From positions 356,113 to 420,112 of the forward strand of contig JBDRCX010000006.1 in the NCBI GenBank assembly GCA_043821365.1: a stretch of DNA of 64,000 nt, written 5' to 3'. A model generated the notes under the pieces. The model saw nothing but the letters and a program-made list of their open reading frames with translations, did no database searches and was not told where the DNA came from. Made by a program: the position numbers and the translations under genes. This DNA is from Candidatus Micrarchaeota archaeon (GTDB taxonomy: Archaea > Micrarchaeota > Micrarchaeia > Anstonellales > Bilamarchaeaceae). Each line of letters starts with the position of its first letter. Within the stretch, counting starts at the first letter, position 1. Shown piece after piece: positions 9,793 through 18,652 of this stretch.

Positions 9793-11760
9793 TCAATTGT
9801 TTGGAAGCATTTCAACAACATCATTTGCTCCTACTGTTATAAATATATCCTCATTTTCTACTACGTAATTCACTGTTGATTCATACAAATCCCACATAGA
9901 GTCTGTATAATTTTGTGGTCTTATTCTAACTAGGTTTGCAGATAAACTTAGGTTATATGGTGGTTCAAGTGCCGTGGTTTTATCATGGTCAGTGAAATAA
10001 GTTGGCCACCAAGATGTGTACTGAGTGTAATAATTATTCTCATGCATTTTTATGTTTATGAAGATTTTATCCGCGTTTCCGGTGTATTCTGAGAGTGCAG
10101 TTTGTATTATTGATTCTGAGTTTGCATCTCCATGCATATAACCAAGATTTTCCTCGTATAATTTTATTTCAACTTGCTGTGGCCTTACATATAAAAATTT
10201 TTTGAACTCGCCTAATTTCGCTTCATTTTGATTAACTACACTTATTTTTGCTCCTTTTTCTGCATAAATTTTTTCAAGTACAGCATCTGTATTCCCTGCG
10301 CCAGTTGAACCGACTATAACTGGGGCATACCCTATTGTATCCTTTATGAACTGATATCCGCCTGGGTTTTGTGTATAATTTCCAGTTACAAGATCAAGTT
10401 CATGTTCTTCATAAGCTTTAAGTACATTGTACAGCTCTGTCTGATTCATTTTCGAAAGGCCAATACTGTCAAAATCAGCGTAAGCAGGCATTGGCGGCCT
10501 GAAGTGATAACAGACTGTTGCATAATTGGAATTTTTTAGTTTTTGAACTAATTGCGGATGATTTTTCACTAAATTTTGAAATACAGCATCGTCGATGTAA
10601 ATATCAACAGGAACTTGGTATTCTTCATGTGTGTCTATTGTTTTTTCTATTACATCCGCACTTTTTTCAGGAAAAACCCAGTCGTGAACATTGAGTACAA
10701 AAGTTACATATTTTTTTTCTGATGTCTGATTATTCTGAGTCAAACTGATGTTATTATTGATTGTATAATTGTTACTATCGCCAATATATTCATGGTACAT
10801 TTGGTTTATTGTTTTCCACTCTAATTTTCCAGTATCAATGTATTCTCGTTTTATTTTTCCAAGCCAATTTTCAAACAATACATCATTGTTTTCAACTCTA
10901 TCTGCCGACCCAATACTCCATGCAAAATAAACCATACTAGTGTTATCCGTATTGGAAAGCGCAATGGCCTCGTCAATCACTTCGAAAAACACATCAATGT
11001 CATTTTGATCAAAATCAGCCATTGCTCCTTCTGGTAGATTTCCTGCTTTTTCTTCGCTCAATGCATAAACCACGCCTTCAGATGGGAAATAAACTAGTTT
11101 TCCTTGTTCGTCATTCTCAAGCCAGTTCAGTCCAGAAGAAACTTTCCACGGTCTTAATCTATCTTCTAATTCAGTTGGGTATGTGTCATGGCAAACCCCA
11201 GGTGCTTTACAATATTTAAATTCGTCTGGCCGTTTGTTTTCAGGCAATGACATAACACAGTATGCCACACCCCCTGTAGTGAACCTATAACCTGCATCTA
11301 TTGCAGCCGTTACCCAATCTAATTCAGAACAAATTCCAGATACATGTTCAATCTCACTTCCAGTTAATTGTTCTGCTTTCTTTTTCATCAAACTAATGGT
11401 TTGACCAAATTCCTGCTGGGTAAGGTTTTCCTTTTCAAGATTACCTCCAACATCAGCATGCACACCTATTGAATGCCCTCTATTTTTTAGTTCTAATAAA
11501 ACATTATCATCCCAATTTTTGCATCCGTCTATGAACTCTTCGCTCACTTCAAAAGTTCCTCTGAGTCCATATGCTTCAAGAGTAGTTGCCATCTTTCTTA
11601 CTGCCTCTGCATGTCTTTCAAATGAAGACTCTTCAAAAGCTTCATTGTTCCAGCCTTCAACATGGATCATTATGCCAACTTCTAGTTTGGGTTTGTTATC
11701 AATAAACGTACACCCGAATAAGAAAAGTCCGATTAAACAGATCAAAATACCTTTCTTCAT
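9793..11760 (-). CDS. lipoprotein with two polysaccharide-deacetylase-like domains
   Basis: LFLFGC lipobox; GIMIHVEGW..GHSIGVH and FVLNVHDW..CYH halves joined by an Asn-rich linker. Confidence 0.6.
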   Translation of the reverse strand: MKKGILICLIGLFLFGCTFIDNKPKLEVGIMIHVEGWNNEAFEESSFERHAEAVRKMATTLEAYGLRGTFEVSEEFIDGCKNWDDNVLLELKNRGHSIGVHADVGGNLEKENLTQQEFGQTISLMKKKAEQLTGSEIEHVSGICSELDWVTAAIDAGYRFTTGGVAYCVMSLPENKRPDEFKYCKAPGVCHDTYPTELEDRLRPWKVSSGLNWLENDEQGKLVYFPSEGVVYALSEEKAGNLPEGAMADFDQNDIDVFFEVIDEAIALSNTDNTSMVYFAWSIGSADRVENNDVLFENWLGKIKREYIDTGKLEWKTINQMYHEYIGDSNNYTINNNISLTQNNQTSEKKYVTFVLNVHDWVFPEKSADVIEKTIDTHEEYQVPVDIYIDDAVFQNLVKNHPQLVQKLKNSNYATVCYHFRPPMPAYADFDSIGLSKMNQTELYNVLKAYEEHELDLVTGNYTQNPGGYQFIKDTIGYAPVIVGSTGAGNTDAVLEKIYAEKGAKISVVNQNEAKLGEFKKFLYVRPQQVEIKLYEENLGYMHGDANSESIIQTALSEYTGNADKIFINIKMHENNYYTQYTSWWPTYFTDHDKTTALEPPYNLSLSANLVRIRPQNYTDSMWDLYESTVNYVVENEDIFITVGANDVVEMLPNN

Positions 11761-11772
11761 TTCATGTCCTCT

Positions 11773-12627
11773 TTATTTTTTCTGCTGAAATCCAAGTCCG
11801 TTTTTTGTTATCAGTACTGGTTCAATGCTCACTGGATGGTGGACGTTATTTGCAGCATCTTTTTGTTTTTCTATTATTTTTGTCATAAGTTCTTTGATTT
11901 TATCACTTGTTACTTTTGCATTACATAAGATTATTTCCTCAGTTGTAACTGTAAACACATAGAAGAATTCTGTTTCTCCACAAAATTTTACTAAAAAGTC
12001 AAAATATTTATTTGCAACAAGTAAAAATGAAACTGCAAGGTCATCTGGTACATTCAGTGAAAATATTCCTTCGTCTTGTTTTGTTATTTTTATTTTGCCT
12101 TCCTTCATAAATCCGTCAATTTTTCTATGAAGGTTTTCCATAATTGCAACAAAAAATTGTTTATCCGGCATTCCTATTCTTCCGAAATCAGTGTTGCTTA
12201 GATATCTGTAACCTTGCCCAGTTTGAACACCTGAAAATATGTAAATTTCATGTTCTGGCCAATTCTTGAACATTAGTGGAAGATATCCCTGGTCCCATTC
12301 CACTCCTGCTTTTTCCGCTGCTTTTTTAAGTGCAGTCGGGTATCCAGATGCAAAATATCTGTCTTTTATTAATGGATAAATATTGTTTATTTCTGGTTTT
12401 TCAGGCATTTTTCTCTGGTTGCCACTTGCTATAATTTGTACTATTTCTTCGACTGATTTCCCTTCTTTGTGCATTTTGAAGAAATCTGCTATCTTTATTT
12501 TTGTTTCTGCTAATCCTTCCCCTTGAATACAGAACCCATCCTCAGTATACCTTGTTAATAAGAATTTTTTCCTCTCAAATACTGTTAGCAATTCAGCTTC
12601 AAATTTGTCTATCTCTAAATCGTCCAT
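11773..12627 (-). CDS. hypothetical protein
   Basis: 284 aa ORF with genome-like composition; no motif recognised. Confidence 0.7.
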   Translation of the reverse strand: MDDLEIDKFEAELLTVFERKKFLLTRYTEDGFCIQGEGLAETKIKIADFFKMHKEGKSVEEIVQIIASGNQRKMPEKPEINNIYPLIKDRYFASGYPTALKKAAEKAGVEWDQGYLPLMFKNWPEHEIYIFSGVQTGQGYRYLSNTDFGRIGMPDKQFFVAIMENLHRKIDGFMKEGKIKITKQDEGIFSLNVPDDLAVSFLLVANKYFDFLVKFCGETEFFYVFTVTTEEIILCNAKVTSDKIKELMTKIIEKQKDAANNVHHPVSIEPVLITKNGLGFQQKK

Positions 12628-12769
12628 GTATTATTCTTTTGGTCTTACTTTTAAAATCTTATGAGGAATAATATGAATTCTAGTTTCTAGTCAAAATCGC
12701 TTTGCGATTTTAACAAGTACTTGAAACCGAGTTTCAAGTTTCGCGAAAATTCCACTGAATTTTCACGAT

Positions 12770-12982
12770 GCTGGGGTCGCCTAGTCCGGTAGGGCGGCAG
12801 GTTGCTATGCGCTTTTTGGAAAAAGCGCCCAAAAACAGATTGTTGAAACTGCTTCGCAGTTTGGGTGTTATCATACAAGAAGCGTGTCCAAAAACTTAAC
12901 GAAAAAGTTTTGATCCAACTTTTTCCAAAAGTTGGAAACCTGTTGCGCATTGCGTTCAGGAGTTCAAATCTCCTCCCCGGCG
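12770..12982 (+). tRNA. tRNA-Ser(GCT) with 130-nt intron at 37/38 (12808-12937)
   Basis: Acceptor GCTGGGG/CCCCGGC, anticodon stem GCAGG/CCTGT, loop TT-GCT-A|A, long variable arm, T arm AGGAG TTCAAAT CTCCT, discriminator G. Confidence 0.9.
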
Positions 12983-13041
12983 AACGAAGTGAGCTGGGGG
13001 GAGTTTTGTTCGGTTCGCCGAACAATCATTCCTCCCCGGCG
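12971..13041 (+). repeat. 12-bp direct repeat of the tRNA-Ser 3' end flanking hairpins
   Basis: TCCTCCCCGGCG at 12971-12982 and 13030-13041; GCTGGGGGGAG (12993-13003) is complementary to it. Confidence 0.8.
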
Positions 13042-13143
13042 TTTTTATTATTTACATTTAGGGTAACAAGTCCAATTCTAATAAATAGCTCAAAATCTTA
13101 ATTAGCGTTTATCAATTCCTTTATTATCCTTAGTCTACAACAT

Positions 13144-13770
13144 ATGTATGTGAGAAGAAAACCAATAAGCCAAGATCATGTTGCAGAAGGGCCTAGCTTT
13201 CGCAGATTAGAACGAATTCTTGGGTCAGAACCAGCAAGAGCCTTACGGGAAAAGGATGCTGTTTTTTTAGGTCAGCTTATGCCGATAATTGGTAAAAACC
13301 TCAAAGGAAAGAAAATCCTTGAAATTGGTCCTGGTCATGGTTTCTTTGTTGAACTTCTTAGAGATCTTGGTGCAGACGCCTATGGCATTGATTCTGATAT
13401 CAATTCCTTCTACCACTACAATAATGCACTTTTTCAAGAATCAATCATTCGTTATGGGGATGCAAGCAACATCAGTGAAAAATTCCCAAATGAGCAATTT
13501 GATTATATTGTTTCAAATGCAGTACTGTGTCGTGAAGGTTTGGTATCATCTTTACACACTGTGAATCCTGACACTGGCAAATACTTTTCTGCAGAAGAAA
13601 TGGCCAATAATATACACCGGTCAGTTTTTGAAAGTTTAAAACCAGGCGGAATTACATTCCATTCAACTGCAGAACCCATTCTAGGAAATGAACAAACGCT
13701 GCAAGATATTGGATATGTAATTCTTTGTAGGACAAAAAACAATCTCATTCTACAAAAACCTGCAAATTGA
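13144..13770 (+). CDS. class I SAM-dependent methyltransferase
   Basis: ILEIGPGHG, YGID, FDYIVS and LKPGG motifs. Confidence 0.85.
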   Translation: MYVRRKPISQDHVAEGPSFRRLERILGSEPARALREKDAVFLGQLMPIIGKNLKGKKILEIGPGHGFFVELLRDLGADAYGIDSDINSFYHYNNALFQESIIRYGDASNISEKFPNEQFDYIVSNAVLCREGLVSSLHTVNPDTGKYFSAEEMANNIHRSVFESLKPGGITFHSTAEPILGNEQTLQDIGYVILCRTKNNLILQKPAN

Positions 13771-13774
13771 AAAA

Positions 13775-14248
13775 TCAACCTCCGCATCCTCCACAACCGC
13801 CTCCACATGTTCCACCTGTTATTGGTGCAGATTCAACAATTGGAGCATTGCCATTTTGATCTTCTACAATTAATTTTCCACCACCCATACCCATGGTGCA
13901 AGTGATGCTATATGTCCCTGGTTTATCTGCAACAAATTCAATTATGTTGTCACCAGGCACCATTCTTTTTGTGATTCCATAACCCCCAATCACTACTGTT
14001 TGCATACACCCTCTAAGTGTGTTTGTATCGCCGATTATGGTGAGTTTTGTTCCAACTGTTGTTCTGATTTCCTTTGGTGTGTAGTATCCATTTGATCCAT
14101 ATCCAAGGGTTATGGTTTGATTACCAGTTACAACCAGGGGTGTGCTGTTTGTGGTTCCTTCTGATTGTGATGATCCAGAAGTTGCATATATCCCACCTAT
14201 CGTTATCAACACCACTAAAATTCCAATCGCAATAATACTTTTATCCAT
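13775..14248 (-). CDS. membrane-anchored cupredoxin-domain protein with Cys/Gly tail
   Basis: PGTYSITCTMGM Cu motif; C-terminal GGTCGGGCGGCGG; start moved to the ATG after GGAGATGA. Confidence 0.8.
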   Translation of the reverse strand: MDKSIIAIGILVVLITIGGIYATSGSSQSEGTTNSTPLVVTGNQTITLGYGSNGYYTPKEIRTTVGTKLTIIGDTNTLRGCMQTVVIGGYGITKRMVPGDNIIEFVADKPGTYSITCTMGMGGGKLIVEDQNGNAPIVESAPITGGTCGGGCGGCGG

Positions 14249-14259
14249 AATTTCATCTC

Positions 14260-16398
14260 CTATAATTTTAACCATTTTAGTGTCAATGCACTTGTGACAA
14301 CTGAAACACTTGACAGAGCCATCGCACCACCTGCGATTATTGGCGAAAGTAAAATGCCATATGCAGGGTAAAGTAGACCAGCAGCAATAGGTATTCCAAG
14401 AATGTTGTAAAACAATGCCCAGAACATATTCTGCTTTATTTTGTTTATCGTCGCACGTCCAAGTTTTATTGCTCTCACAACATCCATTGGATCGCTTCTC
14501 ATTAATACAACAGATCCAGTTTCCATTGCAACATCTGTTCCACTTCCAATTGCAATTCCAATATCAGACTGGGCAAGAGCTGGCGCATCATTTATACCAT
14601 CACCTACCATCGCAACTGTTTTTCCATCTTCCTGTAATTGTTTCACATATTTTGCTTTATCCTGAGGAAGAACCTCTGCAAATACTTTTTCTATTCCTGC
14701 CGTGTGCGCTATTGCTTCTGCTGTTCTCTTGTTGTCACCTGTTATTAGCCATGGGTCTATTCCAAGTTTTCTAAGTTCTTTTATTGCATGGACACTTGTT
14801 GATCTAAGGGTGTCAGCAACTCCGAAAATTGCAACTAATCTGTTATTTGCTTTCAATATCATTACTGTTTTTCCTTCATTCTGTAGTTTTGAAACAACAT
14901 CCATCTCTTTTTCTGGTTTGCCAAGATAAATCGTTGCCCTTCCTATCTTTCCTTCAACACCATGTCCTGGTATTGCTTTGAACTTTGTAAGCTTCAAAAG
15001 TTTTGCTCCATTGTTTTTTGCATATTCAACTATTGCATCTGCCAATGGATGCTCTGAATTTTTTTCAACAGAATATGCCATACTAAGAGCTTCCATTTCA
15101 TCGAATTTTCCAATCAGTTTGAAATCAGTTACTTTTGGTTTTCCCTCAGTTATGGTGCCAGTTTTATCAAATATTATTGCATTTATCTTATGCATGGTTT
15201 CAAGTGCTTCTGCATTCTTTATCAGAATCCCTTTCTGTGCACCTATACCAGTTCCAACCATAATTGCAGTTGGAGTGGCAAGTCCAAGTGCGCATGGGCA
15301 GGCTATGACTAATACAGAGACTGCAGCAACTAATGCAAATGATATTGTCTGACCTACAAGATACCAAATTGCAAATGTTGCTATTGCTATAATTATAACT
15401 ATCGGAACGAAAACTGCACTTATAGTATCTGCAAATCTTTGTATGTCAGCTTTGCTTCCTTGTGCGTCTTCTACTAATTTGACTATCTGTGCCAATACTG
15501 TGTTTTGGCCTATTTTCTCTGCTTTAAATTTGAAGGAACCGTGTTTGTTTATTGATCCACCAATTACTTTTGATTTTATATTTTTCTCTATTGGTATGCT
15601 CTCCCCTGTTATCATACTTTCATCAACGGCAGAGTTTCCTTCAATAATAGTCCCATCAACTGGGATTTTTTCACCTGGTTTTACTATGATTATGTCCCCT
15701 ACAATAACGTCTGCAATTGGTATCTCCATCTCTTTTTTATTTCTCAATACAATGGCTGTTTTCGGACTCAATCCCATTAGTTTTCTGATTGCATCAGAGG
15801 TTTTTCCTTTTGCCACTGCTTCCAAATATTTTCCAAGAATAACAAGTGTAATAAGCACGGCAGCAGTCTCGAAATACTGTTCTTCAACAAATCCAAGTAT
15901 TGCAGCTACACTGTAAAAATAAGCAGCGCTGGTTCCTACTGCTATCAAGGTGTCCATACTTGCTGTTTTATTTTTTAATGCACTCCATGCACCTAAATAG
16001 AATCCCTTTCCAGCTATGAATTGAACTGGCGTGGTTAGTATAAATAATATCAACATTTGATATGGAATATCCATGAAAAACATTCCGATTATGAATGCAG
16101 GAACTGCTAAGATCGCACTAAAAATTAATAATTTTTTCAAGTCTGCTATTTCTTTTTCTCTGAGTTTTTTTTCGTGTTCATGATCAACACCAATGGTTGC
16201 ATCATAGCCCTTTGATTGTATTACTTTTACCAATGAGTTCTCGTTTGTTTTATCTTCATCAAATTCTACCATTGCTTTTCCAGCAGCATAATTTACGTTG
16301 GCAGATTTTACTCCATCCGATTTTTGCAATGCTCGTGTGAGTAATGCAGAACATGAAGCACAATGCATTCCATTTACTGATAGTTCAATCCTCTTCAT
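14260..16398 (-). CDS. copA: Cu(I)-translocating P1B ATPase
   Basis: GMHCASC HMA domain, TGES, CPC, DKTGT, SEHP, GDGIND, YN and MALSS motifs. Confidence 0.95.
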   Translation of the reverse strand: MKRIELSVNGMHCASCSALLTRALQKSDGVKSANVNYAAGKAMVEFDEDKTNENSLVKVIQSKGYDATIGVDHEHEKKLREKEIADLKKLLIFSAILAVPAFIIGMFFMDIPYQMLILFILTTPVQFIAGKGFYLGAWSALKNKTASMDTLIAVGTSAAYFYSVAAILGFVEEQYFETAAVLITLVILGKYLEAVAKGKTSDAIRKLMGLSPKTAIVLRNKKEMEIPIADVIVGDIIIVKPGEKIPVDGTIIEGNSAVDESMITGESIPIEKNIKSKVIGGSINKHGSFKFKAEKIGQNTVLAQIVKLVEDAQGSKADIQRFADTISAVFVPIVIIIAIATFAIWYLVGQTISFALVAAVSVLVIACPCALGLATPTAIMVGTGIGAQKGILIKNAEALETMHKINAIIFDKTGTITEGKPKVTDFKLIGKFDEMEALSMAYSVEKNSEHPLADAIVEYAKNNGAKLLKLTKFKAIPGHGVEGKIGRATIYLGKPEKEMDVVSKLQNEGKTVMILKANNRLVAIFGVADTLRSTSVHAIKELRKLGIDPWLITGDNKRTAEAIAHTAGIEKVFAEVLPQDKAKYVKQLQEDGKTVAMVGDGINDAPALAQSDIGIAIGSGTDVAMETGSVVLMRSDPMDVVRAIKLGRATINKIKQNMFWALFYNILGIPIAAGLLYPAYGILLSPIIAGGAMALSSVSVVTSALTLKWLKL

Positions 16399-16406
16399 TT
16401 GTTCAC

Positions 16407-17336
16407 CTATGCGTATATCAGACCGTTTTTCGGACCATACATCATTATCAGTACCATCAAGCTCGCTACAATAACAGCAACAAGAAAGAATTCCGTGAAT
16501 TTTACTTTGAATTCATTTGCTGGTGTTTCTCCTGCTTCTCTGTGCATCATGTAGCTTAAGCTACCTACCATCACTGCGCACAATCCGAAAAGAATATACA
16601 AGAACAATATCAGGTTGTCAGTTATCATCATGACTGAGAGCATCGCACCCATGGTTCCTGCCATTATACCTGCCATAATTCCTTCCATCGCACCCATAAT
16701 CCCAGAGTGCCGTCCTAATGCAAGTCCTGGTGCTATTCCAAGTGCCATCCCAACAACGGAACCAATAAACATCCCATTTGTTGCTCCTGCTAATGCACCT
16801 GCTAGAAATCCACTCATCATCCCAAGTGTCATACCAACCATCATACCATTAGCACAGGTTAGGTTTCTCCAATAACATCGTATGTGGTAATATGACGTAA
16901 GTGTCATGAGTACCCCCCCACCAAGAAGTATAAAAAGAGGTAGGTACGGTCTAACTAACTGGAGACTAGTTGGATAAATAATGAACATAATAATGGACAA
17001 AATCAACATAAGTGCCCCAGATCCAATGGCATACTCTGATAAACGTGATTCAACTATGGTCTGTGGTTTACCCGCTAGGATGTTTTTCAAGTATTCGACT
17101 ACTCTTTTGAATTGTCCTCTATTGTAATCACGAGCTTCTTTTTCTGGAAATCCTTTTTCTGCAAGTTTTTGTTTTATTTCAGGTAGCTGTTCATCACTAC
17201 ATCTAATTATTACTCTTCCATTTGTTGCATCTATGTCCACTATTTCACTACCATTCTGAGTTACTGTTCTCTCTATTAATGTTTCACATGCTCCACATGT
17301 CATTCCTTTCAATTCGAGTTTATGTTCTTTTGACAT
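16407..17336 (-). CDS. HMA-domain polytopic membrane protein, Gly/Met-rich
   Basis: GMTCGAC N-terminus; TM segments CANGMMVGMTLGMMSG and GAMEGIMAGIMAGTMGAM. Confidence 0.75.
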   Translation of the reverse strand: MSKEHKLELKGMTCGACETLIERTVTQNGSEIVDIDATNGRVIIRCSDEQLPEIKQKLAEKGFPEKEARDYNRGQFKRVVEYLKNILAGKPQTIVESRLSEYAIGSGALMLILSIIMFIIYPTSLQLVRPYLPLFILLGGGVLMTLTSYYHIRCYWRNLTCANGMMVGMTLGMMSGFLAGALAGATNGMFIGSVVGMALGIAPGLALGRHSGIMGAMEGIMAGIMAGTMGAMLSVMMITDNLILFLYILFGLCAVMVGSLSYMMHREAGETPANEFKVKFTEFFLVAVIVASLMVLIMMYGPKNGLIYA

Positions 17337-17536
17337 TACAACACCACATATCCTTCGTTTGCTATTGCTTTCCTTACTTCTGTTTCTACTGATTCATTAG
17401 CACAAGTAAATTTTACTGATCCATTTTTCTCACTCACCTCTACATTACTCACCCCGTCTATTTCTGATAATACATCCGTCAACAACATCTCACATGATTT
17501 ACAATGCATTCCATTTACTTTCAATTTTTGTTCCAT
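17336..17536 (-). CDS. copZ: copper chaperone (CopZ-like)
   Basis: 66 aa with GMHCKSC. Confidence 0.85.
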   Translation of the reverse strand: MEQKLKVNGMHCKSCEMLLTDVLSEIDGVSNVEVSEKNGSVKFTCANESVETEVRKAIANEGYVVL

Positions 17537-17581
17537 TTTTTCACCTTATCTAAATATGATTTCAATCAAGTAATCACACAT

Positions 17582-18031
17582 CTACTGTACTATCAATTTT
17601 CCAGGACTCCACATCCTCATCCCACAGTTGTATTCATAGGTTCCTGGTTTGGTTGGAGTAAATTCTATAATCCCTTCCTGGCCATTTTTTGATACTGTCT
17701 GCAAATTCAATCCATATATGTAAAGTACTGCTCCACAGCCCACATATGGTTCAGTAGTAAAATGTATTCTGACAAGATTGCCTGATTTAACAACAACTTC
17801 ACTTTTGTCATATGTTCCATCTGCTTTTGCTTTGATGTAAACATCCTGTGCCTGTTGTGATTGGCTAACTACTGGTAAGCTTTGGGTTGTTTGGCTATCC
17901 GCTACCGAATTCGATATATCACTCGGTACCGAGGCAGCGCCAAATACCATATAACCGCCTACTAGGAGCATAATCACCAAACCAACGAAAGAGTATATCG
18001 TTGTTTTTTCAATTTTAATTTCATCATCCAT
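17582..18031 (-). CDS. membrane-anchored cupredoxin-domain protein
   Basis: N-terminal TM; GC...FTPTKPGTYEYNCGMRM. Confidence 0.8.
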   Translation of the reverse strand: MDDEIKIEKTTIYSFVGLVIMLLVGGYMVFGAASVPSDISNSVADSQTTQSLPVVSQSQQAQDVYIKAKADGTYDKSEVVVKSGNLVRIHFTTEPYVGCGAVLYIYGLNLQTVSKNGQEGIIEFTPTKPGTYEYNCGMRMWSPGKLIVQ

Positions 18032-18032
18032 G

Positions 18033-18115
18033 TTGTTTCATTTGGCTGAAACAATATATATTAAATAATGAAACAATCATTTTCCACCTTATGACAAGAA
18101 TGTAAAACATTCTTG
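18033..18115. promoter_or_regulatory. candidate operators in the divergent cop promoter region
   Basis: TTGTTTCA-N6-TGAAACAA (18033-18054), third half-site TGAAACAAT (18069), palindrome CAAGAATGT-AAA-ACATTCTTG (18095-18115). Confidence 0.5.
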
Positions 18116-18162
18116 ACTGTCGCGAACCAACGCGGCAGATTTCTCAAAAAGAGGTTCGCTCC

Positions 18163-18642
18163 ATGGAGATCAGAAAAAAGATCATATTAGGTCTAGTAAC
18201 TGTAGCTATTTTTATCTTCCTAACGACTGTGTTAGCATTTGTATTTGCACTTTATTCTCAAGGACAAGAAGTACCAGAAATACTAAATCCATTCATTCAC
18301 TTTCATATTGAATTTATGATCCTAATGGGTGTTTTTGGTTTGCTCTCTGGTCTTATTGTTTACAGTATAATGTCACAAACTTTGGAAAAACAAAAACAGA
18401 TTGTCAAAACAAATACTGGGATAATAATGAAATTCTTGAGTGGTGACGAGCGTGAAATTCTTCAGCTTTTATTAACTAAAGATGGAATGACAACCCAAAG
18501 TGAAATTGCCAAACTCCCTGGTATGAGCCGTCTCAAAGCGCATCGTATTGTAAAAAAACTGGAGACTCGAGGAATTATATACATTGAAAAATATGGTAAA
18601 ATCAACATGATTAGAATTGTTAATGAATTAAAAGAAATTTAA
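18163..18642 (+). CDS. membrane-anchored winged-helix regulator
   Basis: Two TM helices, then LSGDEREIL..TTQSEI..MSRLKAHRIVKKLE.RGII..EKYGKIN. Confidence 0.8.
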   Translation: MEIRKKIILGLVTVAIFIFLTTVLAFVFALYSQGQEVPEILNPFIHFHIEFMILMGVFGLLSGLIVYSIMSQTLEKQKQIVKTNTGIIMKFLSGDEREILQLLLTKDGMTTQSEIAKLPGMSRLKAHRIVKKLETRGIIYIEKYGKINMIRIVNELKEI

Positions 18643-18652
18643 ACTCAGAAAA

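Noticed and set aside
12687-13101. ORFs 12687..13025(-) and 12865..13101(+)
   Set aside because: They overlap tRNA-Ser and its hairpins and have no motifs; not an intron-encoded endonuclease.
13042-18642. tRNA-integrated genomic island (methyltransferase plus cop cluster)
   Set aside because: No integrase and no distal att copy seen; the duplicate of the tRNA end is only 59 bp away.
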